Below are positions 1 to 9,115 of a stretch of DNA of 32,000 bases, in pieces (positions within the stretch are counted from its first letter, which is position 1; every line of letters starts with the position of its first letter). The stretch comes from Candidatus Harpocratesius repetitus. GTDB lineage: Archaea; Asgardarchaeota; Lokiarchaeia; Sigyniarchaeales; Promethearchaeaceae. Position numbers and translations under genes: made by a program. Where the stretch lies: positions 930,001-962,000 of the forward strand of contig JAIZWK010000001.1 in NCBI GenBank assembly GCA_021498095.1, written 5' to 3'. The notes beneath the pieces are model-generated. The model made no database searches, was not told where the DNA came from, and was given only the letters and a program-made list of their open reading frames with translations.

Positions 1-175
1 TTATAAAGGATGATTTGATATTGCTAAATCATTTGATCAGTTTAACATTTTCGTTTTACTGATCATCTTATTGCTTGATTGCTTGATCACTTTTAAATAC
101 TTTTAAGCGAAAGATCTCATTGTTTTTTAAAGGATGCATCATTATTTACTCCATTGATTAAGTTACGTGTTTTTT

Positions 176-418
176 ATGGCATATAATAACAGTCGTAATC
201 CATTACGAGCGCTTCAAAACCGAATTGGACAAGAAATTGTTGTTCGTTTGAAGGACTCAACTGAGTATCGTGGTAATTTAAAGGAATATGATAATTTTAT
301 GAATTTAATAATTGAAAATGTTACTGAAACAATTCCCCATGAGGAAGAAACGAATCACTATTCTGAGCTTTTTGTGAGGGGAAATAATATTCTTTTTATT
401 TTGCCCGAAGCGGATTAA
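176..418 (+). CDS. Sm/Lsm-family RNA-binding protein (archaeal SmAP)
   Basis: Sm1 motif (GQEIVVRLKDSTEYRGNLKEYDNFMNLIIENVTE) and Sm2 motif (ELFVRGNNILFI). ATG at 176 preferred over GTG at 167. Confidence 0.92.
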   Translation: MAYNNSRNPLRALQNRIGQEIVVRLKDSTEYRGNLKEYDNFMNLIIENVTETIPHEEETNHYSELFVRGNNILFILPEAD

Positions 419-429
419 TTTCCTCTTCA

Positions 430-511
430 TTTCTTTCTGTTCTGCCATAGAATCGAATTCACTAAAAATTATATTTTTCTTTCTGTTCTGCCATAGAATC
501 GAATTCACTAA
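430..511. repeat. Exact 36-bp direct repeat, 2 copies (430-465 and 476-511), 10-bp gap
   Basis: TTTCTTTCTGTTCTGCCATAGAATCGAATTCACTAA read twice directly from the sequence. Confidence 0.95.
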
Positions 512-929
512 GTGAGTATTTCGAAAAATAACAGAAAAATTTTTTTTTTTACTAAAAATTTTTATTAATAAAATCTTTTTCAAAAAAATGCCATATCATA
601 TTGAGAGTTTGATTCTCTATTTTACTTTTTTATTTAAAAAGTACTTAATTTTTGCTGTGTTTCACAAATTTATCTTTTTTTAAAAAGTCATAAATGTTAT
701 TTTATCTGTTATATTAAATTTATTCTAATTTTTTTATTAACTTCTTTAAATGTAAAAATTTTCCTTTAAGTTAGACATAAAAAGACATATTTATATTTAT
801 TACTGTTATTTTTCTTTATTTTATCGTAAATTTTTTACTAAAAACATTTATTTTGCAAAATATTCTAGTATATACTGTTTTCTCATATCATTAAAATAAT
901 ATTGTTTCACTGATACACTAGAAAATATA

Positions 930-1601
930 ATGAAATTGCAAAAAAATTCTCAAATGACTGAAAATGATTATCGAGCAGCGGTGGTCCGCGGAGCGCAAGA
1001 TATTTTTAAGGGTCATTTAGTCGAATTTGGAGAGGGAAATGTTTCAATGCGTGTTGCTGATCAAGATGAGCTCTTTATAACACCCACCCAAAACGATTAT
1101 CAATCATTGACTTCTAAAGATATCGTTCATATAAAATTTGATGGTACCTTACTCTCAAAAGAACGTAAACCATCTTCTGAATATCGTCTTCACGTTGCAA
1201 TTTATCAACAGCGACCTAAAGCTACATGTGTGATTCACACTCATTCAATTTATGCCAGTATGCTTTCTTTGGTCAAACAAAGTATTCCAATCCTATTTGA
1301 AGAAGCTTTGATCTTTTTAGGGGGTGAAATTCAAGTGGCAGATTATGTTGAAGCAGGAACAGAACAATTAGGGATTCAAGCAGAGCATTACATGGGGGAA
1401 ACTAATGGTATTATAATGGAAAATCATGGTGTTGTTGTATGTGGGCGCACCATGCAATATACTGTTAAAAATGCTATGTTGATTGAAAAAATGGCTAAAA
1501 TCTATTGGGGTGCAAAACATTTAGGTAATGTGCATTCTGTTGATAAAAAATATTGGGATAAATTCTTAAAGATACATAAAGGTTTTTTCAGCACATATTA
1601 A
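930..1601 (+). CDS. Class II aldolase/adducin family protein (L-fuculose-1-phosphate aldolase-like)
   Basis: GEGNVSMR, ITPT, PSSEYRLHVAIY, metal-binding HTHS and NHG motifs. The start could be ATG 954. Confidence 0.9.
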   Translation: MKLQKNSQMTENDYRAAVVRGAQDIFKGHLVEFGEGNVSMRVADQDELFITPTQNDYQSLTSKDIVHIKFDGTLLSKERKPSSEYRLHVAIYQQRPKATCVIHTHSIYASMLSLVKQSIPILFEEALIFLGGEIQVADYVEAGTEQLGIQAEHYMGETNGIIMENHGVVVCGRTMQYTVKNAMLIEKMAKIYWGAKHLGNVHSVDKKYWDKFLKIHKGFFSTY

Positions 1602-1622
1602 GATATAATTTGAGGAATTTGT

Positions 1623-2897
1623 ATGCGTATCCAATTAAAATCTTATTCTGAAAAATTCGACATTTTTCTGCCTGATGATTTAGATATAGTAGTTCAACAT
1701 TCAAAACACGAAAAATCTATTGAAAATCCCGTTGATTCACTCTTAAATGCTTTAAATTCTCCTTATATGACAAAACCTTTAAAAAAACTCTTAGAAAATG
1801 CCCAAATTCAGAATGAGAACTCTGATGATTATATTTGTATTCTTATTTCCTTCAACATGCCACCAACAATTTGTCAATCAATTCTAAAATTGCTGGAAAA
1901 CTGTTTTAAGAAAGTAAAAATACCTGATACAAAGATAAAAGTCCTACTGGCAACTGGAATGCATCCTAAACCCTCTCCTAAATACATGAAAAGGTTATTA
2001 GGAGTTGAATTTCTATCCCGTTTTGATATTATTGCTCACAACGCCCAAGATGAGAAAGCTTTAACGTACTGCGGTGATTCTCCTTCTGGTGCGCCTGTTT
2101 ATTTGAATCGATATTATTTTCAATCAAAATTTAAAATATTGGTTGCTGCTGTGGAACCACATCCAGTAAGCGGTTTTACAGGGGGAAATACATTGATTGT
2201 TCCTGGTATTTCAGGAGTTATGACAACTCAAGCGATTTATTCTTAAGAAAATCTTCGATCTGCTGAGACCCGCTATGGTATCTTGAAATCGAATCCAATT
2301 TATAAGAATACTCAAGAAATACTAAAAATGGCTCATATTAAGCCCAATTTTGTTATAGAATTCGTATCAAATGCTCAGAATGAAATTTTAAAAATAGGTG
2401 CAGGTGCATATCAAGTTCATGATCAAATATATCAATACGTAAAACGCAATTCATTTTTTCCCATTACCAAACAATTTGATGTATCTATTCTTCCTCTTCC
2501 TTCAGCTCATTCTAACTATCCTGAAATCTCAATTTCAGATTTCGTATCTCTTTGTGCAAATGGAGAAATAGCTCTTAAATCCAATGGTATTTTAATTATG
2601 ATCACCAAAAGTGTAAATAGTCCCATAAGTATCAATTTTAAAGGTGATTCTCCAAAAAATTTACATCTTTTAACCAAATTATATCGCCCTCTTTTGACCA
2701 ATATTTTGTCAAAAATTTCAGTTATTATTCTTTCGCCTCAGACATCTTTTTCTGAAGAATGGGAGAAATTTATGCTTCAGATCAAATGCATGAGAGAATT
2801 GTCTGAAGCATTAAATTACTGTAAAGCTCAATTTGGAGATAATTTTCGAGTCCTCGTAATACCTGAACCTTTACATTGTATTCCTCAGAAACTTTAA
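1623..2897 (+). pseudogene. LarA (lactate racemase)-like gene interrupted by an in-frame TAA at 2244-2246
   Basis: ORFs 1623..2246 and 2283..2897 are in the same frame. The 12 intervening codons (ENLRSAETRYGI) are open and continue the LarA-like sequence. Motifs ATGMH, AHN..D, EPH..SGFTGG...PG and C-terminal VLVIPE are present; total is about 424 codons, typical of LarA. Confidence 0.8.
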
Positions 2898-2990
2898 ATA
2901 TTTTTTTTGAGAATTGAATAAAGCTGAATAAAATTAAACTAAATTGAGCGATATTGAGGGAAATTAATAATAAATTGTGATATTATCTTG

Positions 2991-3509
2991 CTATCTGATT
3001 TTTGCAAGGTTTTGTAGCCATTTAGATAATTGAAGAGGAGAAGTAAATCTATAAATCGATAATTGACCTGAATTTGCAGTATTCAACAGTTTTAAAATAT
3101 AGGGTCTTCTTTCCTTACGAAATCTCCAAATCCATTTAAGAAATTCAAAATCAATTCGTTCATTGCAACCTGGTGTAATATCGTATCGTGGGCGATTACG
3201 ATAAATTGTTTGGCGCTTTATAACTCGATACATGCAGATTCTTCTAGGAAAATCGAGATAAATAACTGTATCTGCATACCTTAATCGCTTTTCTAATGTA
3301 CTTGAGTAATTGCCATCGATAATCCACCTTTTGTAATGGAGAATCTGGTCTAAAGTCGAGATCCATTCTTCTTTTGGAGTTTGTTTCCAATTTGATTGCC
3401 AAAAATAACAATCTAAATGAAATACGGGAAGCTCAAGAAGCTTTCCTAATCGACGCGCAAAAACCGATTTTCCTGCTCCACCTGATCCAATTATCAAAAT
3501 GCGATTCAT
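2991..3509 (-). CDS. P-loop kinase, adenylate-kinase-like / DNA topology modulation protein (FlaR-like) family
   Basis: N-terminal RILIIGSGGAGKS Walker A, then HLDCYFW, WIIDGNY, ADTVIYLD and GCNERIDFEFLKWIW, a pattern typical of this family. Confidence 0.82.
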   Translation of the reverse strand: MNRILIIGSGGAGKSVFARRLGKLLELPVFHLDCYFWQSNWKQTPKEEWISTLDQILHYKRWIIDGNYSSTLEKRLRYADTVIYLDFPRRICMYRVIKRQTIYRNRPRYDITPGCNERIDFEFLKWIWRFRKERRPYILKLLNTANSGQLSIYRFTSPLQLSKWLQNLAKIR

Positions 3510-3636
3510 ATTAAGTATATCCGGGTATTTTTGAAATTTTTAGCGATAAAATCTTTATTCCTATTGAAGAGGTAGAAGAAGATATTAGATAACTAATGAT
3601 AATTAAAATAATTCTTAATCAATTTGCTGAAAAGAA

Positions 3637-3710
3637 TGGGAACGTTGAGGTTTGAACTCAAGACCTCTCGGTTCCGAACCGAGAATCATACCAAGCTAGA
3701 CCACGTTCCC
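3637..3710 (-). tRNA. tRNA-Pro (anticodon CGG), no intron, CCA not encoded
   Basis: Minus strand GGGAACGTGGTCTAGCTTGGTATGATTCTCGGTTCGGAACCGAGAGGTCTTGAGTTCAAACCTCAACGTTCCCA: acceptor GGGAACG/CGTTCCC, anticodon arm CTCGG-TTCGGAA-CCGAG, T-loop TTCAAA. Confidence 0.96.
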
Positions 3711-3740
3711 ACTTATTACAGTCTCTAACTATCTTATTTA

Positions 3741-3747
3741 ATATAAA
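3741..3747 (-). promoter_or_regulatory. Probable TATA box of tRNA-Pro
   Basis: TTTATAT on the minus strand, about 31-37 nt upstream of the mature tRNA 5' end. Confidence 0.5.
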
Positions 3748-4228
3748 GGTGGGATGGGATAAAAATTTTACATTTTACAGATAATTAAGAGGCTTTAGTA
3801 ATTTTTTTTAATTTAATCAAAATCTATCTTTTGAGCCAATTTTCATGACAATACTTCCATGCATCCAATTATTATTTGAGTCGGTATTTTTACAATCTTA
3901 AATTCGATTAATAATTTCATATTTTTATCATTTTTCTTTGAATTATTGACTTAATCTTATTTTTTTTCTTTAACTATCTTTCGACAAATTTAAAATTAGG
4001 ATAGATTTGGGGATTGTGGAAAATTTAGAGAAGATTTTCGGATTTCCTTCAATTCTTTGAATTCTGCTATAACCTCTTAAAAAACAAGAAACAAAAAAAA
4101 AAGTTATTGTCAATATCAATCTTAACCAGAAATTTCGTATTAACTAAAAATTATTATGGGAAATAGGTGGATGGAAAGTGTTGTATTATATACGAAAAAG
4201 AATACAGAAAAAATAAAATAAAAAAAGA

Positions 4229-7200
4229 TTAAGCCCGATCCTTTAAAATCAAGCGAGGTGCCAATCCGAGCGACATCATTTCTTGCAACAGCAATTTAAA
4301 TGCATATGAACATGTAACGCTCGAAATCTGCGATTTTTCACCACAAACTGGGCAGTAGGTTCGATCTCGATTTCGATCATAAACAGAAAGTAAACCACAC
4401 TTCTCACAAACCAAAATCTGAGTGCGATCCGACTCATCCAATAAACGTTCCTTTAATAATACCGCAGATCCGTGTCCAACCAAACAATCGCGCTCCATTT
4501 CTCCAAAACGAAGACCTCCTTCACGTGCTCGACCTTCTGTAGGTTGACGGGTTAAAATTTGCACTGGGCCTCGAGCTCGCGCATGAATCTTGTCAGATAC
4601 AAGGTGGTGCAGTTTTTGATAATAAACGCAAGCGAAATAGATGCCAACATCATATCTTTCTCCAGTGACGCCGTTATAGAGGGTTTCCCTGCCACCATAG
4701 TCAAACCCGTGTTCCACAAGGTGCAATTGAAGTTGATCCATATCTTCCATTTCGAATGGAGTTGCATTACCGATGGTGCCTGTTGCGGCAGCGACTTTAC
4801 CCAAACATCCTTCAAACATCTGCCCTAAGGTCATACGTGAAGGCATGGCGTGGGGATTGATGATTAAGTCGGGTGAGATGCCTTGGGCTGAGAATGGCAT
4901 ATCTTCCTGAGGTGATATTAATCCTAAAACACCTTTTTGCCCGTGACGTGAGGCAAATTTATCACCTAATTCGGGGATACGCAAATCTCTGACTTTAATT
5001 TTAATTAACTTATTACCGTCCAGTGTTTCTGTTATGATAACAGTATCAACGGTTCCTGCTTCTGAATGTCGCATATTAATACTAGTTTCTCTGCGTTGCG
5101 GCTGAGATAAGTCATCAAAATCATCATATGGATGTGTAAATCGAGGAGGAGAAGTTCGCCCAATAAGAACATCGCCACCATCACATACAGTTTCGGGTTC
5201 AATAATTCCATCATCAGCAAGGTGGCGGTATGCATCAGATGCTCGGTAGCCTCGTACTTCTTTTTCAGGTACTTCAAATTTATCGAGTTGGCCTCCGGGA
5301 TATTTTCGTTCTTCGCCTTCGTAGGTTCGGAAGAAGGTACTTCGAGCCAATCCCCGTTCGATAGAAGCCTTATTCATGATAAGTGCATCTTCAATATTGA
5401 AGGCTTGAAAGGACATAATTCCCAAAACGAAATTTTGTCCAGCTGGGCGTGTATCGAAACCAATAATCTCCATTGCCCTTGTACTGGTTAATGGTTTTTG
5501 AGGATAATGAAGTAAATGCCCACGAGTATCTAATCTAAGGTGGAAATTAGCTGCAAATATTCCAAGTGCCTGTTTTGCCATACCTGCTTCATAAGTATTT
5601 CGAGGACTTTGGTTGTGATCAGGGAATGGAATTAAGGATGCGGTGATACCTAGAATTGCGGCGGGTGCGATTTCCAAATGAGTATGTTCAGGAGTTAAAT
5701 CGCGTTCACGCATGCAAATTAAGGCGTTTTCTTCTTCTTCAGCATCAAAATACTCAATCAAGCCGCGGGCGATTAAATCATTCCATTGTAATTGTCCTGT
5801 GCGGACTTTATCAACAACATCTTGTGTGATTAAAACTTTTCCATTTTTTACAACCAATAATGGTCGTCGTGCACGTCCTGCATCACAGTTAATTTGAACT
5901 TCATTTGATTCAGGATAGTAGGCAATATTCACGTTGGGGTTAAGATCTCCCCGTCTTCGTTTCATACGAATTGTTTCAATCAATGGACGATAATTTGGAT
6001 GAATTCCCAAAAGTTTTCCGTTTAGATATATCTTTGCTTTCCCGCTTACTTCTTCTACTTCTTCAAGAGGGATTACACCCAAATCGTATAGGTCTGTTTC
6101 AATTTTCTTTTCATTTGTTCCAACCGAAATTAAAGCAGTTAATGCTAAGTTTTTAACAAGCCCACAATTTGGACCTTCTGGGGTTTCTGCAGGACATATT
6201 TTACCCCATTGGGTTGGATGCAAGTCTCGTGCTTCAAAATGTGGTTGACTGCGGGATAAGGGTGAAATTATACGACGTAAATGACTTAAAGTTGAAATGA
6301 AATTAGTCCTATCGAGTAATTGAGAAACACCTGCTTTACCTCCAACCCAATTTCCCGTGGCGAGTGCATGACGGATTCGTTCGGTAATAACATCTGCACG
6401 GACAGCGGTTTTAATATTGGGTTTTCTTCCTCTGACAGCAGTACGTTCCAATTGATATTTAATATCACGTGTAAGATTTAAGAATGAAACACGAAAGAGA
6501 GATGTAAACAAGTCTCCTGCTAATTTCAACCGTTTATTCGCATAATGGTCTTTATCATCCGGTCGTCGAATATCTAAAGCAAGTTCTAATACTTTTTGTG
6601 TCATTTGACCTAAGAAATAGGCTTTACGAATACGATCTTCTTGTTCATATCCAATATGTGGTAATAAGTATCGATCAAGAATTTGCTGTGCTCTTTTGAT
6701 ACGGTATTCTCTTGTCTGACCTACTGCAACCCGTTTTCCTACGTAGTCTAATGCGTTCATCATAGATTTTTCTGGATCAGATACCACTTCGATTGCAGAT
6801 GCAACGTCAATTATCGGAATTAATTCTTTTTGAATTTCGGGGTTATCACTGATAGCTTCAAAGATTTTTCGATCAGAATTTAACCCTAATGCCCGCATTA
6901 AAATTGCAATTGGGATTTTTCCTGGAACTGAAGGTAAAGAAACGCGTATATTTCCATCTTTTCGTCTTTCAATGGTCACTGGGGCACGGAATCCATGTGT
7001 TGTGGAAAACACTTTAGCAATATGAGTGGCTGATGAACTACGGCTGGCTTCTTCAATTAATATTCGATTTGGAGCCAGATCTTCTTGAGTAACAAGAACC
7101 CGTTCCGTTCCGTTAATGATGAAATAACCACCAGGATCTAAAGGATCTTCCCCGATTTGAATAAGTTCTTCTTTAGTTGTCATTTTTGACAGAGGGCATT

Positions 7201-7618
7201 TGGAAGATTTCAACATAATTGGCAGTTTACCTATATAAGTATTAATTGTTTCATTGTAATGGGGTCGTTGGGTTCGTTCATCAATGGTAACTGGAGTCAT
7301 TTCCAAATATATTTTAGATGCATAGGTTAATTCACGAATACGGGCTTCCAAAGGAGTAATGGATTTGGTTGCACCATCTGCTTCACGAACTTGTGGTTCT
7401 TCAACGGTTATTTTCCCAAAGATTATATAAAAATCAGGAATATCGGGAATGATTTTTTTGGTTTCGTCACAGATTTGCTGTAAGGTTTCTTCTAAAAAGA
7501 CATTAAAGGAGTCTAAATGCTGACGGACCAAACCGATTTCATTAAAGTAGGATCGGAGTAAATCCCACATGTTTTCTGGAGTGGTAACAAAAGATTTGGA
7601 AAGAATGCTGCTATTCAT
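4229..7618 (-). CDS. rpoB: DNA-directed RNA polymerase subunit B (Rpo2), unsplit
   Basis: 1129 aa with GGYFIINGTERV, HPTQWGKICPAETPEG, GDKFASRHGQKG, GGLRFGEMERD and a C-terminal Zn ribbon (CEKCG...CPVCG). Confidence 0.99.
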   Translation of the reverse strand: MNSSILSKSFVTTPENMWDLLRSYFNEIGLVRQHLDSFNVFLEETLQQICDETKKIIPDIPDFYIIFGKITVEEPQVREADGATKSITPLEARIRELTYASKIYLEMTPVTIDERTQRPHYNETINTYIGKLPIMLKSSKCPLSKMTTKEELIQIGEDPLDPGGYFIINGTERVLVTQEDLAPNRILIEEASRSSSATHIAKVFSTTHGFRAPVTIERRKDGNIRVSLPSVPGKIPIAILMRALGLNSDRKIFEAISDNPEIQKELIPIIDVASAIEVVSDPEKSMMNALDYVGKRVAVGQTREYRIKRAQQILDRYLLPHIGYEQEDRIRKAYFLGQMTQKVLELALDIRRPDDKDHYANKRLKLAGDLFTSLFRVSFLNLTRDIKYQLERTAVRGRKPNIKTAVRADVITERIRHALATGNWVGGKAGVSQLLDRTNFISTLSHLRRIISPLSRSQPHFEARDLHPTQWGKICPAETPEGPNCGLVKNLALTALISVGTNEKKIETDLYDLGVIPLEEVEEVSGKAKIYLNGKLLGIHPNYRPLIETIRMKRRRGDLNPNVNIAYYPESNEVQINCDAGRARRPLLVVKNGKVLITQDVVDKVRTGQLQWNDLIARGLIEYFDAEEEENALICMRERDLTPEHTHLEIAPAAILGITASLIPFPDHNQSPRNTYEAGMAKQALGIFAANFHLRLDTRGHLLHYPQKPLTSTRAMEIIGFDTRPAGQNFVLGIMSFQAFNIEDALIMNKASIERGLARSTFFRTYEGEERKYPGGQLDKFEVPEKEVRGYRASDAYRHLADDGIIEPETVCDGGDVLIGRTSPPRFTHPYDDFDDLSQPQRRETSINMRHSEAGTVDTVIITETLDGNKLIKIKVRDLRIPELGDKFASRHGQKGVLGLISPQEDMPFSAQGISPDLIINPHAMPSRMTLGQMFEGCLGKVAAATGTIGNATPFEMEDMDQLQLHLVEHGFDYGGRETLYNGVTGERYDVGIYFACVYYQKLHHLVSDKIHARARGPVQILTRQPTEGRAREGGLRFGEMERDCLVGHGSAVLLKERLLDESDRTQILVCEKCGLLSVYDRNRDRTYCPVCGEKSQISSVTCSYAFKLLLQEMMSLGLAPRLILKDRA

Positions 7619-7826
7619 TTTTGAGCCTCAGAGTAAATATTTCTTTTTTTTAAGAATTGTTTAATTTATGGTATTATTTTTTAATGGAAAATAAATGATT
7701 TTTTTCTTTGAATCAGAACTGTAATTTTTATTTTAAGTTGATTTTGTTCAAATTAACTTTAATTTATTTTATAAGGTTCTTTTTTTAGTGTTAAAAATGC
7801 GGGTTTTTTATGGTCTTTTACCATTT

Positions 7827-8084
7827 TTACCGACGTATTACCACAAAACGATAAGTATCGACAGTGTCGACAATCGTATCTGAATTTCGTATAATTTTAA
7901 TCACATCGCCTTCTCGAGCACCTAAAGCAATGGCGGCAGGATCATCTTGAAAAATTCTGGGAAGATCCACAAGCCGAATGGCATAATCCTTCAATAATTG
8001 TGCCGTTTCTTGTTTTGTTAAGATTGAATGAAACGGAACAAGAGAATGGGCTAAAACATCTAATTTTTTACTTTTTTTTGCCAA
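7827..8084 (-). CDS. rpoH: DNA-directed RNA polymerase subunit H (Rpo5)
   Basis: HSLVPFHSIL, LPRIFQDDPAAIALGAREGDVIKIIRNS, YRFVV; lies upstream of rpoB. Start uncertain (TTG 8084 or TTG 8105). Confidence 0.95.
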   Translation of the reverse strand: MAKKSKKLDVLAHSLVPFHSILTKQETAQLLKDYAIRLVDLPRIFQDDPAAIALGAREGDVIKIIRNSDTIVDTVDTYRFVVIRR

Positions 8085-8341
8085 GGATAAATTCAACTCT
8101 CTCAAAGAAAATCATTAATAAAATGGGAAATAAAATAATTTTGGAGTTTCCAGTAGAAAATTTTGATCACTCCGTTGTGCACAAAATAGAAAAATCGCCA
8201 TATTAAAAAAATTTTTCGACTTTTGAAATCAAAGATATAGATATGATTAATCTGTTTTAATTTACTGCGAAATATTTGAAAAGATGCAGTTCTACAAGAC
8301 TTGGCACATTTCGAGCTCAATAATTGGCTATTTTAATGAAT

Positions 8342-9064
8342 CTAAAAATAACCTGAAGTTGATGATTTTCGAGAAGAAATATTAAGTGGTTTTGGGGAAA
8401 AAAGAATTACATGATAGCCTGACTGCTTTTTGATTGTCTTAATATTCCAAGTTGGTTTAATATCCAATAATTTGGCTTGGAAACCTTCTGAACCTAATTT
8501 TTTTTTATGTACGTATTGAATAAATCCATTCTCTGTTAAAAGATCAGCCGCAGCTTCGAATAATTCAAGCATATTTTTATGTCCTGTTTTTAATGGAGGA
8601 TTAGTATATACTGCATTAAATTTTATATTTGATGATTTTAACTTTTCTACAGAATCTTGAAATGGACCAGGTAAGATCTCGATGTTTCCACATTTATTTG
8701 AAACAATATTTCGTTTCAATAACCATAATGCTCGTTCATTTACTTCAGATGCAAAAATTTTATAATTGAGTGAAGTTATAGGTGGTGTTTGGGCTGTTTG
8801 CTGAGTAAGTTCATGAAAAGCTAAATATTTTGACAACCAAATTGAAATTGGCCCGTATCCTGCACCTAAATCAAGAAAATATGCATTTTCTATGGAAGAT
8901 GGCAAAATAAGTGCGTTAATTAATATTTCCGTTCCTTTATCTATGTTTTCTGGAGAAAATACTTCTCTTGCTGTCTGTAAAACCATGTTTTGGTTACGTA
9001 ATGAAACAAAGAGCTTTTTAATCCGATCAGCTGAAGTATGAGTGGGAGAAAAGTAATGAGACAT
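8342..9064 (-). CDS. Class I SAM-dependent methyltransferase (RsmC/MTS small-domain type)
   Basis: MSHYFS start, VFSPENIDKGTEIL, FLDLGAGYGPI (motif I), SEVNERA, YTNPP (motif IV). ATG at 9064 preferred. Confidence 0.88.
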   Translation of the reverse strand: MSHYFSPTHTSADRIKKLFVSLRNQNMVLQTAREVFSPENIDKGTEILINALILPSSIENAYFLDLGAGYGPISIWLSKYLAFHELTQQTAQTPPITSLNYKIFASEVNERALWLLKRNIVSNKCGNIEILPGPFQDSVEKLKSSNIKFNAVYTNPPLKTGHKNMLELFEAAADLLTENGFIQYVHKKKLGSEGFQAKLLDIKPTWNIKTIKKQSGYHVILFSPKPLNISSRKSSTSGYF

Positions 9065-9115
9065 TTTTTTTTTTTTTGAAGGAATCAAAATCACCTGAGT
9101 GTTAGAATCTGTAAA

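Noticed and set aside
430-511. CRISPR mini-array interpretation of the 36-bp repeat
   Set aside because: Only two copies, a 10-bp gap that is far too short for a spacer, no cas genes in the window and no typical repeat terminus.
305-583. 92-aa minus-strand ORF
   Set aside because: It overlaps the Sm gene antisense, runs through the duplication and poly-A DNA, and has no recognisable family.
2244-2246. Selenocysteine/pyrrolysine recoding of the LarA-like internal stop
   Set aside because: The codon is TAA, not TGA or TAG, and it aligns to a non-catalytic position.
3515-3592. Protein-like plus-strand fragment VYPGIFEIFSDKIFIPIEEVEEDIR*
   Set aside because: Only 25 codons, bounded upstream by TAA with no ATG start; insufficient evidence for a gene remnant.
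4552-6468. Short alternative-frame and antisense ORFs within rpoB
   Set aside because: Shadow ORFs of a highly conserved gene, with no motifs.
4229-7618. Intein or B'/B'' split in rpoB
   Set aside because: Length (1129 aa) and motif continuity match an uninterrupted single-chain Rpo2.
8000-8320. ORFs 8000..8206 (+) and 8102..8320 (-)
   Set aside because: AT-rich intergenic and overlap frames with no family signal; more likely the rpoH promoter region.
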